From contig MU626260.1 of the NCBI GenBank assembly GCA_025603075.1, forward strand, positions 275,380 through 339,379: a stretch of DNA of 64,000 nt. Reading direction: 5' to 3'. Under the pieces are notes generated by a model. That model saw only the letters and a program-made list of their open reading frames with translations, did not search any database and had not been told where the DNA came from. Numbering within the stretch: the stretch's first letter is position 1; each line of letters starts with the position of its first letter. The position numbers and the translations under genes are program-made. Source of the stretch: Neoconidiobolus thromboides FSU 785. Its lineage: Eukaryota > Fungi > Entomophthoromycota. This document shows positions 1 to 13,685 of the stretch, in pieces.

Positions 1-1802
1 GACAAACTTTTGCCTTGAAATTCCCCAATCTTGACAGAATGTAATGCAACTATATCTCCAATAGTACCATTAAAGCTAGTTGCTAATTCATTCCATAATG
101 TGAATTTAATACTTGTTGCTGAAGAATCAACTAATGTCATTTCTCTTTTTTTAAACTAAACAAATTATAAGTAATAGATACTATTTTTAGTAATTATTGT
201 TAATAAATTTAACTTACTTCTTTATTTTGTTTAGCTGACGTAAATTCAATAATGTCACTAATATCCGTAATTACTCCAATAACATCTAAATATAAATTGA
301 TTTAATATACTGTATTATATTTTATTGTATTATTTATTATTATTATATTATGTATTATTACCAACAATGGAATTGACATCTTTTAATTCAATATCAGAAA
401 TAGGTATGAATTCATAATGAACTTTAACTTGATGTTCTTCGTCACACTAAAAAAATAAAAATAAATGAATGATTATGTATTAAATAAAATTTACCTTAAT
501 AGCTTCTGAAACCGAAGTAAAAGTTAATTCATAATCATTCTTTAATGTCGAATATTTTTTATTAGCTTGTCCAATTCTTAAATTACTAATATAATAGCTC
601 TAAATATATAAATATTATATTGATATAACACTAATGATAATCATTTACCTTATTAACTTCTAACAAAGAACCAAATTTATCACATTGTTCATTAAATGCA
701 GTAGCTCGAATTTCCCCACTATCATCCATAAAATGAATATTAATTAATCTACCTGGCCCTTTGGCATTATTGTATTGTCGTATATCCCCTTTGAAAGAAA
801 CTACTGCTTTAATTGTCCATCTTATTTTATAATAAATAAACAACAAAATGAATAAACAAAACAAAATAAATTACTTATTCTGAAATGGATTTAAATTTGA
901 AATTGGTATAATTCTCATACCCTCCGGAATAGAATCATTTATATTACTATAACGTTAATTTTAGTTAATTTAATTATATCTATTTACTTTCAATATTTAC
1001 CTGTTTTGATTCATATTTGGATTAGAATTATTGTTAAAACTTTGATTATTATTACTATTAAAACTTTGATTAAAGCTATTGTTATGATTATTTTCTTGTT
1101 TAGGCGTTGGATTATTAATATTGTTATTTAAATTCGGTTGAAAATTTTGAATAGGATTTTGCATCCCAGCTACCTGTGGATGGGCATTATTATTAGGATT
1201 ATTATTAATGGCTGGATCTTCTAAAATATGACCTGGATTATATAAAGCATTAACTTCACGAATAATGATATATCTATTCATTGAATATTATTAATATCAA
1301 CAATTAAAATTAAATAGTCATTATTTTATCTTCTAATTACCTTTTTCCATTAAAATCAGCAAATTGTCCATTAACTAAATGAATTAATAAATAATTTTGG
1401 ATGTAGCCGGAATGTAATTTTTCATTTAATTCGACTGAGAAGTAAACTAAATAAAATTAAAAAAAATATTAGTTTTAATCCATTTACTATCATTTAGCCA
1501 ATTTTCTTACCTTGAATTTTACTTTCGCCATCCCAACAAAGAGCTCTAATTGTTTTTTAAAAAAATAGTTAATTAATTGATATTCAATAAAAGGATATAT
1601 ATTATAATTTGGCTTAGTTTAGTTTAATTCAATCTAATAATACTCACTTATATCTTTTATTTGGATCATTATCATTAGCACCTTGATTATTTTTAATAGA
1701 AACTACTTGTAAAATAACTTGGCCTGGATAATCTTCAAAGATACCATTACCGCTAGCCGAAAATTTACCAAACCCTTTACTAAGTTGATATTGTTGATTC
1801 AT
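1..1802 (-). CDS. RPA1: Replication protein A 70 kDa subunit (multi-exon, 3' end runs off the window)
   Basis: ATG at 1802 (MNQQYQLSKG). Exon peptide KGPGRLINIHFMDDSGEIRATAFNEQCDKF is the RPA70 DBD-A signature. N-rich linker at 997-1281; DBD-B motifs (DVIGVITDI, KREMTLVDSS) toward the left edge. Confidence 0.95.
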
Positions 1803-2195
1803 TTTTTTAAAATTTAATAATATTATTAAAAGAAAGTTGAATTTTAAAGATGGTACTTTCTCAATTTTATTGATTTTGATTTTTTCATAGATTTGAAAGC
1901 TTTTTGAGTTGTGTTTCTGGATCTTGTTTGTTTGATTGGTGAATATATTCTAAACTAGAATCGGATTGATTCAAATTCAGTGCAACGTGTTAGATTTAAG
2001 CAATGTAATTTACTATATTAAAACACGTAATAAAGATATATGGAAAGTGTTAAAAGACTAAGCTAGGAAATCAATGTAATTTATTTAATATATATTACTA
2101 AAGATAAGTTGATTTATATAAAATAGAATTAACAGTATAAAACTCAACAAAATAAACTGTAAAAATGAATAAAAAAAGATTGATATTTATTTGAG

Positions 2196-5100
2196 TTATA
2201 AAAAGAGTACTTGATCAATCCCAAAACCTCTTCGTACTTGAATAGCAGCTAATATTTCTTTAATACATTCTTGTAAGATAAGTACATTATCTAAAAAGAT
2301 TGTATGATTTTTAAATTCAACATCCAATTCTTTATTTTGAAATAATTGAGTAAATGAATGATGCATTGAAGGAGAAGGTGGTGGATTGGGAGTTGAAATG
2401 GCTTCCAAAAAGGAGAATTTCCTTTGGGGTTTATTTTGTTGTTTTTGTTGAACTGAAGATAAATCTTTTGTGTTTTGATTATAAGATAATGATAATGTAC
2501 GCTGAATAAAAGAAGTAGTTGATTGAGATTGTTTATCAATATGTTCTTGTTGTTGTAATGGGGAATTATGTAAATTTAATGTATCATAGTTACCTCCCAT
2601 AATAGCTGAAGTTTGTTTATCAAAATTAAATAAGTTTAATTGCTTTCGACGTTCTTCTAACCAAAGATCAAATTTATTATTTTTAATTCGAAATTCATCG
2701 ACTTGTTGTGCTAATTGATTTAAGATATCAAATAAAGGTGGTGGTGGACATGGTATTTGTTGTATTTTTAATAAGTTATTTTCTTCTTCTTCTTCATCTT
2801 CAGAATCTGAAATAAAACCTTCTAATGGATTAACTTCATAAACTTCTTCTTCTTCTTCAGAATCTTCTTTAGTTATATTAGTATCAATAGTTATTGATAA
2901 TCCACTGCTCTTTTCTTTTTTAAATTTTGTTTGAGCAGGACTTAATTTTTGTTTAGATTGTTTATATTTAATCAAATTTAATTGAAAACAAACTAATTCG
3001 TCTAATTTAATATAAGGACAACAAGCCAAACCAAACAACACATTAGACAATACTAAATTCAATTCACATGGATTATTAAAAAAATTAGATAGTAACTCTA
3101 ATAAAATTTGTAATATTGGTTCATTTCTTTTTAAATGATGCTGCTGTAATGAATAATCATTTTCTTGTCTCCCATAATCTTTAACTAATTCAATTGTATT
3201 ATTATTATTATTATTATTATTATTTTTAATTAATATTGTATGTTGTCTTGTATGCCCTTTACTTTTAGCTTGTTCTTTTCGAATATGATTAGACAATTTA
3301 TAATTATTATACATTGATTCTACTTGTTTTATATAAGGTTCATAACCTGGTATAAAGCCGTCTTTATTAAATCTTGGATCCATATTATTAATTAATAAAA
3401 AATATGATTGAATTTCTTGATGATGATTGCTAATAGTTGTATATGGTTTTTGTTTAAAATGATGAATTTTTTCTTTTTCTGCTTCTTCAAAAGTTGGAAT
3501 TGTTGGTGATAATACTCTTGAAGTAGGTGGTAAGGTAACTGGTAAACAATTTTCTTGCCCTAATAATAATAATAAATACTGTGCATGTCCGTTAATTATT
3601 GTATTTAATAATTTTAAAGCAGAAATACTAGTTGGTATTGATTTGGATTGTAAATTATTAAATAATAAATCTTTTAAGTTAAAAGCTAAATGTGCTTTAT
3701 TTTTATTTGCTTTCATTTCTCGAATACTATTTTCTGATAATATACTATTAGTTTCTGTATTTCTTCTTGCTCTTTCTTCTTTATTACTATTAAATGATTT
3801 GATAGAACTAGTTTCACTATTAGTCATTTTATCTTTATGTAAAATATCTTCTTCTTCACTATTAATAAGAAATCGAATAAATAAATCTACTAATTCACCA
3901 TCCTTAAGTGTACTTAATATAATTTCAATATACGAAATAACAGCAACAGCAGATCCATCTAAATCACTTGATTCCATCATCGAGTGGTATAAAATAGATT
4001 CTAAAAACACACTTTTAATATCTGATAATAAAGCCATACAAATAGCTCTTGATGGACATCTTTGTAAAATATCTTGACAAAATTCTAATGTCTTTAAAAA
4101 AGAATCAATTAATATTTTAAATTGAGGGGATGAAGACACTTGAAAATCATCTAATCCATCTTCATCATTTAACTCTTTACTACGTGTTAATTTAAATTGA
4201 ATTCGATCCTCATCTACATATTTAACTAATAATTTACGTGGTAATTGAGAATATAAAGCTCCTAACCCAGCTGATAAAATAGGACAAAGGTCCGAATGAT
4301 ATAATATATAATCTCTAAAATTACCTCCTGCAACTTCAATTAGAAATAGCAATCCTGTTCTTGCATAATCTCCCGATTTCCCTTCTCTATGAACAAACCT
4401 TAACAAATAAGAAAATAATAAACATTCATATTGTGGGCTATCATTTTCATTTAATATAATCTTTGGTTTAATGTCTTCATCATTGGTATATTCCCCAGTT
4501 AAGTTAGCAATTTCTTCTTTATTTAATGGACTTCCTTGTTTTTGAGGGGTAGTTAACCATTTCTTATCGTAAAAAAAGATATTCAATAAAGGAGGAGAAG
4601 AGTGAATCTTTGAACAAAGAGTATATAATAAATCAATCAAATCATCCACATAAAAATTATTAAACTTATCCATTTGGTTATCAGTATCTTCCTTTATACA
4701 AAGTTTCAATAATTTTAACGTGGGTATATGAATTGGAGAATGAATTAAAAATTTAACGTCTAATAGGTTAACTAAAGTAGATACAAATCGAATAGTTTCA
4801 CCACGAATACCCAATGGAAAATCAGATTCTGATATATTGACTAAAATATTTAACACCCCATGTTTTAACATATATTCCATACAAGCTCCAGTTTGATCAT
4901 CTTCTAATTTAATTTCTTCTTGTACTAAAGTATCGACCATTAATTTTAAATAACTAGGAATTTCTGTTAATTGAACATGTACTTTTCGATTCGGTTTTTG
5001 ATCTTGAATAAAATAAGTACTCTATTGAAATTAGTTGTTAATGTTTAATAGGAATTTAAATAGCAGAATATTATAATAACTTACATGAATAAAAGTCCAG

Positions 5101-5198
5101 CAGGTATGAAATTTTTCTAATTGCGCGCTAGAGCTTAATCTTCCACTCCCCTTACCACTTAAGCTTAGTTGTTTTTTTAATCGGTTGAACAGTTCCAT
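2196..5198 (-). CDS. FHIP: FHIP/FAM160 (RAI16-like) Hook-FTS-interacting protein
   Basis: 914-aa ORF plus short upstream exons starting MELFNRLKKQ at 5198. Family-like motifs GACMEYMLKHGVLNILV, LLFSYLLRFVHREGKSGDYARTGLLFL, FFNNPCELNLVL and C-terminal NVLILQECIKEILAAIQVRR. Confidence 0.85.
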
Positions 5199-6306
5199 TA
5201 TTTTAATAAAACTATAGATTAGATTGAGTGTTGTTTTTTAAAAAAGTTAGAGCCACACGTTGAATTTTATTGGTTCAAAATCCAATTACTATTAATTTGG
5301 AATTCTTTTTGAAAGGGTATAAATTATCTAATTTAATTACTCAAATATTGTCCAATATGCTTAATTTCAATGTCTACAGGGCTGATATTTGTAAAATAGA
5401 TTTGGTAACAATGCTTTTTTTATAAAAACGGAGTTATTTAAAATGTTGCTTTTATAATAATTTTAGCAATTTTCATTAGTTTTTTAAAAATAAAGGACCA
5501 TTTTTACCCCTAATGACCGGTTGGTTTATTTAATGAAAAAAAATGGTATATGGCAATTCTTTTTTTAATTCAAGATAAAAGCGTCTTGTGTATTTTAGTT
5601 TAAAGAGAAGAGATTTATTAACAAGAGGTTTATGGAGAATACTATATTTTATTGAGATAAATTAGAGCTGAAATTGAAAATTTCCTCCAAAACATCTTAT
5701 CACACTTATTTTCAAATAATAGTAATAAAAAAGCGTTATCAAAACGATATAACGAGAACAGTCAAATAATATCGAACAAACGTAATTTAAAAAATACTTA
5801 ACTATTATTTAAATTTAAAAGAAACAATTATCACCTAAAGTTAGCAAAATAAGTAGTATACATCATTTATTAAATATTAATATCTAAAGCTTATTTAATA
5901 AAACTAAATGGTATCGTTGATAGAATATAAAATTAACAAATATTCCCATATGCTACATCTCGAGCCTTTAGTCAAACAAGTTTTAGTATTGCTGCTGTAT
6001 CTTTTAATGTTTTTTTCCTCTCAACTAATACATTTCTATTAATAAACATATCTAATGATTTGATCTTCGTAGTTGAATCTATTGTCCCTTGTGATGACCT
6101 TGATGTTGTAATAATTACTTAGCTTAACCTACATTCCTCCGAAAAAATAAAAATAAAAGGAACTTACTAATATACTACTATTGATACACTTAAATTAAAT
6201 ATCGCTTTTTTTAACTTATAGCCTTTGAAATACTTTAAATAAGATTTCCCTTTATTAGGTATTCGATAAGAAATACTAAAGATAAAGTACTCCAATCGAA
6301 GAATAT

Positions 6307-7029
<723 letters not shown>

Positions 7030-7575
7030 TTTGTACTAAATACTTGTTGAGATATCAAAAGGAGGATTTGTTCACTTCTTCCCAATAATTATATTTCGTC
7101 CCTTATTTACTAGAAATTTGATTCTAGTTAGCAGACAAATTGACTTTTTTGGTAACTCGCTTTTGATTCGTTCCCAATATTTAGCTAGTTTTATTTTTTT
7201 ACTAAAGCTTGAATATAAAATCAATATTATTAATTTTAAAAAATAGATTAGTACTAATAAAATACTATAATTTAAAATAAACGTTAACGTATATTTTGTT
7301 TACTGTATAAATTATTTAAAAAAATGAAAAAATGCCAATATATAAACTACTAAATAAGCTGTTAAAAAAAATTAATATATATTTCATAAAACAATAGTAA
7401 TTAACAGTTCAATGATAGCTTTTTTGTTATTGGAATTTCAATACATTTACTTGATACTTTTTTGATCATATCTATTACATAAAAATATTAAACAATGTAC
7501 CATAACTCTAACATAGAGCAACTAACGTAAAATGTATATAAAAAGTCACGTATAAAAGAGTTTGACAACAAAAAA

Positions 7576-7647
7576 GATCTTAATAGAGAATTGAACCCTA
7601 GACCTCTTACACCCAAAGTGAGAATCACACCAATAAGCTATTTAATA
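7576..7647 (-). pseudogene. Degenerate tRNA-Pro(UGG) copy
   Basis: Minus strand reads TGGTGTGATTCTCACTTTGGGTGTAAGAGGTCTAGGGTTCAATTCTCTA, collinear with eukaryotic tRNA-Pro(UGG). The T-arm pairs, but the anticodon stem has a mismatch and the acceptor stem is broken. Confidence 0.7.
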
Positions 7648-7766
7648 ACCTATTTCAGTTTATTAATAAATATATAAACATCTTTTATCCTAGTTTCCTA
7701 TGCTTTAGTAGCAACCTAATCCATTTAATTGATCTTTAGTTAATTTATAAAAATTAACTTTTTAAT

Positions 7767-7862
7767 GAGGATGTATTTTTTTGAGGAATTTTACTAATAA
7801 TCGTTCCGCTCAAGTAGCACTTAAAAAATGAAAAAAGTAATGAAACCAAAAAAAACATCACC
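7767..7862 (+). mobile_element. ~100-bp MITE family A copy
   Basis: GAGGATG...CATCACC ends; core TTTTACTAAT-TCCGCTCAAGTAGCACTTAAAAAATG. Confidence 0.8.
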
Positions 7863-8189
7863 AATATTAATTAGATTTCTTAATATATGTACTTTTCTTT
7901 CTTATTCTATAATGTTATGTGCGATTTCGTTTTTAGGGGTTATTGGTATATTTCAATACCTGTGCGCTGTTCGAATAATAAAAGTTAACATTTTGAATAT
8001 TTTTATTGAAAATAGTTTAATATGTTGAAATAGAATAAATTGTTAAATATATAATAGAGTGCTGAAAATAAAATAAAAACAATTGATTAGGTGAATAACA
8101 TAAAATTAATTGATATTGAATTATTAAATGCTATATTTACAATCGAAGTTAAATAAATTGATTTTAAGGCATGTAAGAATGTAAGATAT

Positions 8190-8287
8190 AGGGATGTATT
8201 TTTGTGTTCAAGAATTTTACTAACGAATTTTCCGCTCAAATAGCGCTTAAAAAATGGAAAAATAATGAAGTAAAAAAAAACACTCCC
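8190..8287 (+). mobile_element. MITE family A copy
   Basis: AGGGATG...CACTCCC flanked by ATAT/ATAT; near-consensus core. Confidence 0.85.
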
Positions 8288-8478
8288 ATATAAATCTCTA
8301 AATATAACAATTAAAAATTCTAAAATAAGCTTCTCATTTATCTCTTTTATCAGAGTTTCTATTGCCATATAATTGAAAAAATATAAAGTTGCTCATTTTA
8401 AATCCAATTAAGCGTGAAGTATGGAATTTAATAACATCTCATTTACAATGTTTAATAAGTTCATTGATGTTATTAAAT

Positions 8479-8573
8479 GAGGATATTTTTGGCTTCATTA
8501 TTTTTTCCATCTTTTAAGTACTGTTTAAGTGGAAAATTGTTGGTAAAATTCTTAAACACAAAAATCCATCCCC
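8479..8573 (-). mobile_element. MITE family A copy
   Basis: Reverse orientation; flanked by direct repeat AAAT/AAAT. Confidence 0.85.
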
Positions 8574-9450
8574 AAATGTTTACTAAACTTTTCGTTTAGT
8601 GTAGGGCATAAATTTCAGCCCATTGGGTTCCAAAAATTAATCCAGCTCTTAGATTAAAACTTATAAAAGATCTTAAGAGGCTAATTTAAGACACATCGCC
8701 ATGTGACTTTCAGGCTAATTCGCTTTTATGAAGCTATCAAACCACAAGAACTTGAACGTTGTCCTCATTAGTATTATCTCATGTCTTCTTTAGTCATACA
8801 AAGGATTGAGTTTGTTGTTTCCATAGTCATACCGTTAGACCATTAAACCTCACTAATAGTTATAATAAAACTATAAAAATCCTTTACATAAAAAATATTA
8901 TAAGTTATAATAGTTTATTTCAATTAAAATGAAACTAATGTTATTATAATGTCTGTCTATATTAAAGTTTTTAAATTATTCTTTAATCTAATATAGTACA
9001 TGTAATATTGCTAATGTTAACATTCGCTGCTTTTGATTGTTAAAATTAGCCCTCTTTCTTTTTAAAGCTATATAATAACATATAACGTTTTTATTAATAC
9101 CAGCTTTCAAAAAAAAACATTAAATCCTATTCTCATATTAATATTTAACTTTCACTTAGTTTCAATAATCGAATAAATTAGCAAATAATTTGGTCAATAA
9201 TTTTTATTTTTTTTAAAAATTTTAATTTCTATTAAATTTTTGACCTAAAATTTAATAAGGTAATTTATTTATACCTACCTTAATAAAACTATGTATAATT
9301 TCTATTATTATAATAATGGAGCTCATATCTTTCTGAAAGCTTCCAATAGTATTATAATAAATAAGATATTTTATAAAAATAGCCTAGTAAAAGTTTCATT
9401 ATTTATTTACTAAAATAATGTAATCAATGGCATTATAACAAAAAACACAT

Positions 9451-9547
9451 GAAGATGTATTTTTTTGTTTAAGGATTTTGCTAACAATTTTTGCACTCAA
9501 ATAGCGCTTAAAAGATGGGAAGTGATGAAGCCAAAAAAAACGAGCCC
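9451..9547 (+). mobile_element. MITE family A copy
   Basis: Core CTCAAATAGCGCTTAAAAGATGG; ACAT/ATAT flanks. Confidence 0.8.
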
Positions 9548-9751
9548 ATATTTTATAAACTACTTTAATCCATCAGTACTCGTTTATTTTAGATTATTCG
9601 TCATAATAACAGTATAGTTTAAGGCATTAAATTGTGAAACTTCAGAACAAGAAGATAGGCAGAAGAGTTGAATAGGAAGTAGATAATCAAGGTATAAATT
9701 TTGATGGACTAACAAAGACCATTGGATATTCCTAGTCTAACATAACAATAT

Positions 9752-9849
9752 GAGAGCATTTTTTTGACTTCATTACTTTTTCCATTTTTTAAGTGCTATT
9801 TAAGTAGAAAATTTGTTAGTGAAATTCTTAAATACAAAAATATATCCCT
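9752..9849 (-). mobile_element. MITE family A copy
   Basis: Reverse core TTCATTACTTTTTCCATTTTTTAAGTGCTATTTAAG. Confidence 0.8.
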
Positions 9850-10811
9850 ATACCCTATTTTTACTTAATTTTAATTAAAACGCTTTATACAAATCTAGGA
9901 TAGTTTGAAATAATATATTTATTATAATAATAAAATTATTATAAAATCAATTACGGATGTTATTATATTTATTATATTGTGGAGTTAGTTATAATCTTTG
10001 ATTCATTCAATTGAATCAACTCATGTGTCAAATATTTAAAACAATATTTATAACCAATATTTAGTATTATGTCCTATTTTAACTATAACTATTTAATTGT
10101 ACAAATTTAAACATTAATGAAATAATCAAGTGCTTTTGTAGAGTTAACCAAAATAATAGGATCAAATATATTAAGGTTTCAATTTAAAATACCTTTATTT
10201 CTATTGTAATTATTTAATTATATTGTTTATTAATACGATTATTATTATTCAAGCTATTTATTTATTTATACATTATTAAAAGTAAATAAGATATTTTCAT
10301 AAAGAGATAATAAAAGATGAACTGTATTAAATTATTATAGGATAATAAATTAAAAGTGGTTATTATATAATTAAATTGTTATTGTAAAATAGTTTTTATA
10401 ATGACATGGGGTCTAGTAATAAAATATATGATATAATGATTCTGACAACGTATTTTATCATATTAGTTATATTATTACTTTTACTAATAATTACTAGTCA
10501 ATCATTATTTCTGATTTTTTTAAAAATAGATTATTTCATAAATAATATCATATATTAATCTATTATAAAGTCCATAGTCAAAATAAACTATAAATTCTCT
10601 GGCATTTTTCTTGGTATTTGGGGCTTTTAAACTTTATTGGGAGATGTTCTTAAGGCTTTAGGTCACTAATAAATTATTATTAAAAAAGAGATAATAAAAA
10701 TGGAAATTATGAAATTAAAAAACAGAATTCAAATTCAAATATTGTTAACTTTGTTTTCTTTTTTAAATTTAAAAAGCTTCCTTTTTTCTTATCCTTTGTT
10801 TGTTTTAAATA

Positions 10812-12116
10812 ATGTCGATTATTCAATTTCAATTTTATATATTTTTATTTTTATGGCAGGCCATTATTAACACACAAATAGTCCCATTGTCTAGAGGTTA
10901 TTGTATATTAATGAAGAATCAAATTTATTATTTAGGTGGTAGTACAAGTAATAATAATAAAGAAATGGAATCAAATAAAAATGTATATGCTTTGGATTTA
11001 AGTCAGCCAATTCATTTAAACAATAATCAAGCGCCATGGAAGAAAATAAATAGCAAAATAAATCAAACAGTTGATTGGGATGGAAGTCGAATTCTAACTA
11101 AAGATGAAGACAAAATATTGAGTTTTGGTGGCTCCGTAAAAAACATTAGTTTCTTTAATGAATTAAATATAAAAAATATGAGTTTAACTATTTTAAATAA
11201 AGAGTCTTTGAAATTACCAGGTATTCAACAAGATATTCATACTATTATTCAGCCTAATTTAGTACAGCATAATAATTTTGCTTATTTATTTGGTGGTATA
11301 ATAATTAATAAACGATCGGAAAGGGAGACAATTAATGGCCTATATCAATATAATATTACAAAAAAAAGTTGGATGAAATTACAATTGAGCTTAAATAATA
11401 AATATGGAACCGATTCAGTTTATATTAATAATACCATCTACTCTGTTGGAGGGTATAAAGAGGGTAAACGCGTGAAATTAGATACAATTGATATCATAAA
11501 ATTTGATAAAACAATTAGTTTAAGTAACCATAATTTAACAGGAGATATACCAAAATCAACTGCTTACACTGCCGTTTTTGGCGACAATTTTATGTATTTG
11601 ATAGCATCCGATGATAGCTTTAAACAAGAGAATGAACTTTATATATTAAATCTGATAACATTAACATGGCAAAAAGTACAAATTGAAAACTTACAATTAA
11701 GACCCATGGCATGTACAATTGTTTATAAGAATTTCATCATACATTCTTTTGGTGGTGGTATGAATGATGGAATGGATCAAACTCAAATTATAGATATCAA
11801 TACATTAACTAAAGTATATTCAACAAACAATACACTTAATAATCCAACTAGAGATATAGCAAATAATACTAATAATAATGTAACAATAGTGGATTCAAAT
11901 TATCAAAAAGCATTGATTGGTGGAATTGTTGGAACTATTGTTTTCATTGGACTGGTTGGATTGGGTTTAGCTTTTTATTATAGGAAAGTTAATGAGAATA
12001 AACATTACAACAAGATAATTAAACTACCAACTAATGATGACTTTGAAACACCGCCTGATTATGCCCCTCTTTCTAACCTAGAAACCCCTTACTTTACTCC
12101 TAAACTTAAATTGTAA
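10812..12116 (+). CDS. Kelch/galactose-oxidase-like beta-propeller protein with signal peptide and C-terminal transmembrane helix
   Basis: 434-aa intronless ORF. Hydrophobic N-terminus; kelch repeats (IYYLGG, ILSFGG, AYLFGG, IYSVGG with downstream W); TM helix LIGGIVGTIVFIGLVGLGLAFYY; tail contains PPDY. Confidence 0.8.
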   Translation: MSIIQFQFYIFLFLWQAIINTQIVPLSRGYCILMKNQIYYLGGSTSNNNKEMESNKNVYALDLSQPIHLNNNQAPWKKINSKINQTVDWDGSRILTKDEDKILSFGGSVKNISFFNELNIKNMSLTILNKESLKLPGIQQDIHTIIQPNLVQHNNFAYLFGGIIINKRSERETINGLYQYNITKKSWMKLQLSLNNKYGTDSVYINNTIYSVGGYKEGKRVKLDTIDIIKFDKTISLSNHNLTGDIPKSTAYTAVFGDNFMYLIASDDSFKQENELYILNLITLTWQKVQIENLQLRPMACTIVYKNFIIHSFGGGMNDGMDQTQIIDINTLTKVYSTNNTLNNPTRDIANNTNNNVTIVDSNYQKALIGGIVGTIVFIGLVGLGLAFYYRKVNENKHYNKIIKLPTNDDFETPPDYAPLSNLETPYFTPKLKL

Positions 12117-12228
12117 TTTATCTTATAAAGTTTTATTATTATTAAAAAAAAATAATTAATATAAAATAAGTGTAACTTCAAATATAAGCTTTGATTAGAA
12201 TTAAAGTATTTTATTATTTTTGTTGAAT

Positions 12229-12921
12229 TTATTTGGAAGTAATGACTAATTCGAGGAACTAAATAATAATAATTAAAATTACTTTAAAATAAATAGTAAA
12301 ATTATTTACATCTTCATAACGAATTTGAATAACACCATCCGAATCTGTATCGAAACGACGGAAAGAGTCTGTTAACATTTTAATAGTAACACAAACCTAT
12401 AAAAAGCAATAAGCAACAATCCTATAAAAGCAATCAAATCAATAAAAACAATTTCTTACTTGAATAAAGTTATCAAAGGTGATGTCGCCTTTTGATTTAC
12501 GGTCAAATTTTTTAATTAGGAGACCAACAAAACGCTCCGATAAATTATAACCAAAGGTGCGTAAAGCCATTGATAACTCTTGTTTATCAATAGTACCTGA
12601 ACGATCCCTATCAAAAGATTGAAAGCATTGTTTCCATTGCTCAATATACTGCCAAAGCCCTTGAAACTCATTAAACCCAATGGTACCACTTTGATCTTGA
12701 TCAAACATATTCACCATTAATCGTACAGTTTCAATATTAAATGGGGACCAATCGCCTGATTAAAGAGGTTGATTTTAAAAACTCGATGTTCTTTAATTAA
12801 ACTATATAAAATTACCATTAATTAATGCTTTTTGTAATTCTTCAGCTGTAAGTTGACCAGATTTATCAGTATCAACTGCTTGAAACCATTGCCATAATTG
12901 TTGTGGATTATTTTGGCTCAT
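12229..12921 (-). CDS. PEF1: Penta-EF-hand calcium-binding protein (peflin/ALG-2/Pef1 family), 4 exons
   Basis: Starts MSQNNPQQLWQWFQAVDTDKSGQL at 12921. EF-hands DQDQSGTIGFNEF and DRDRSGTIDKQEL; last exons TDSFRRFDTDSDGVIQIRYED/FLELVITSK*. Confidence 0.9.
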
Positions 12922-13137
12922 TATTTTTATCTATTAATAATTAATAAAATTTGATCTAGCTTGTTCTTGTACTTATTTTACCTTCGATTTTTAAAAAAAA
13001 GCTAACCAGTAAATTTTGAATTCATACATATCTAAGAGTCAATCAATGAATGACACAATAATAGAGTAATCAGTTTATTTTCCTTGACAGTTTTCGTGTT
13101 ATATATTTTTTTACTGTTGATTCGAACAAATAGAAAG

Positions 13138-13209
13138 TCTCGGGTAGTATAGTGGTGAGTATCCCCGCCTGTCACGCGGGAGACCGGGGTTCAATTCCCC
13201 GCTCGAGAG
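13138..13209 (+). tRNA. tRNA-Asp(GUC)
   Basis: Full cloverleaf: acceptor TCTCGGG/CTCGAGA, anticodon arm CCCGC-CTGTCAC-GCGGG, T-loop TTCAATT. T-run terminator follows. Confidence 0.97.
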
Positions 13210-13586
13210 TCTTCTTTTTAAAACTTAAATTGTAAAAATAACATTCTTATAATATTTCAACAGATATCAACGTGTTTCATTTTCAGTCTACGATTCTTCA
13301 TCGCTTGTTTATTAGTTATACCATCAATAATCTAAAATTTCAAAGATGTCCTAGTATTGCTACAAATAATTTTACCATTTCGTTCATTTTCTATCCAACA
13401 TAAAATTTTAAAACATTATATACGAATGTCTATTTGTTTAATTTTGCTAATTTTCTAGTTAATAGCGCTTAATAAATGAAAGCAAATAAAACCAAAATAC
13501 TTTCATACAATAAACCATCTTGTAGTCATGAAATAATTTAAATACAATTTTTCTTATATAGCTTGAAGGCATCATAGACTAAATAT

Positions 13587-13685
13587 GGGGATGCATTTTT
13601 TTGTTTAGGAACTTATTAATAATCTTTCCACTCAAATAGCGTTTGAAAAATGGAAAAAGTAATGAAGTCAAAAAGAACATCCCCC
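13587..13685 (+). mobile_element. MITE family A copy
   Basis: ATAT|GGGGATG...CATCCCC; core CCACTCAAATAGCGTTTGAAAAATGG. Confidence 0.85.

Noticed and set aside
2291-4077. ORFs 2291-2539 (-) and 3643-4077 (+)
   Set aside because: Alternative-frame or antisense shadows of the FHIP coding sequence.
5950-6150. Slightly GC-richer stretch downstream of RPS23, considered as a snoRNA or coding fragment
   Set aside because: No matched C/D or H/ACA boxes, and no recognisable peptide in any frame.
7828-8368. ORFs 7828-8028 (+) and 8087-8368 (-), and similarly 22211-22417 and 62229-62411
   Set aside because: They run through MITE copies and AT-rich spacers; the recurring FKNFT..SAQIALKKWKK peptide is just the repeat translated.
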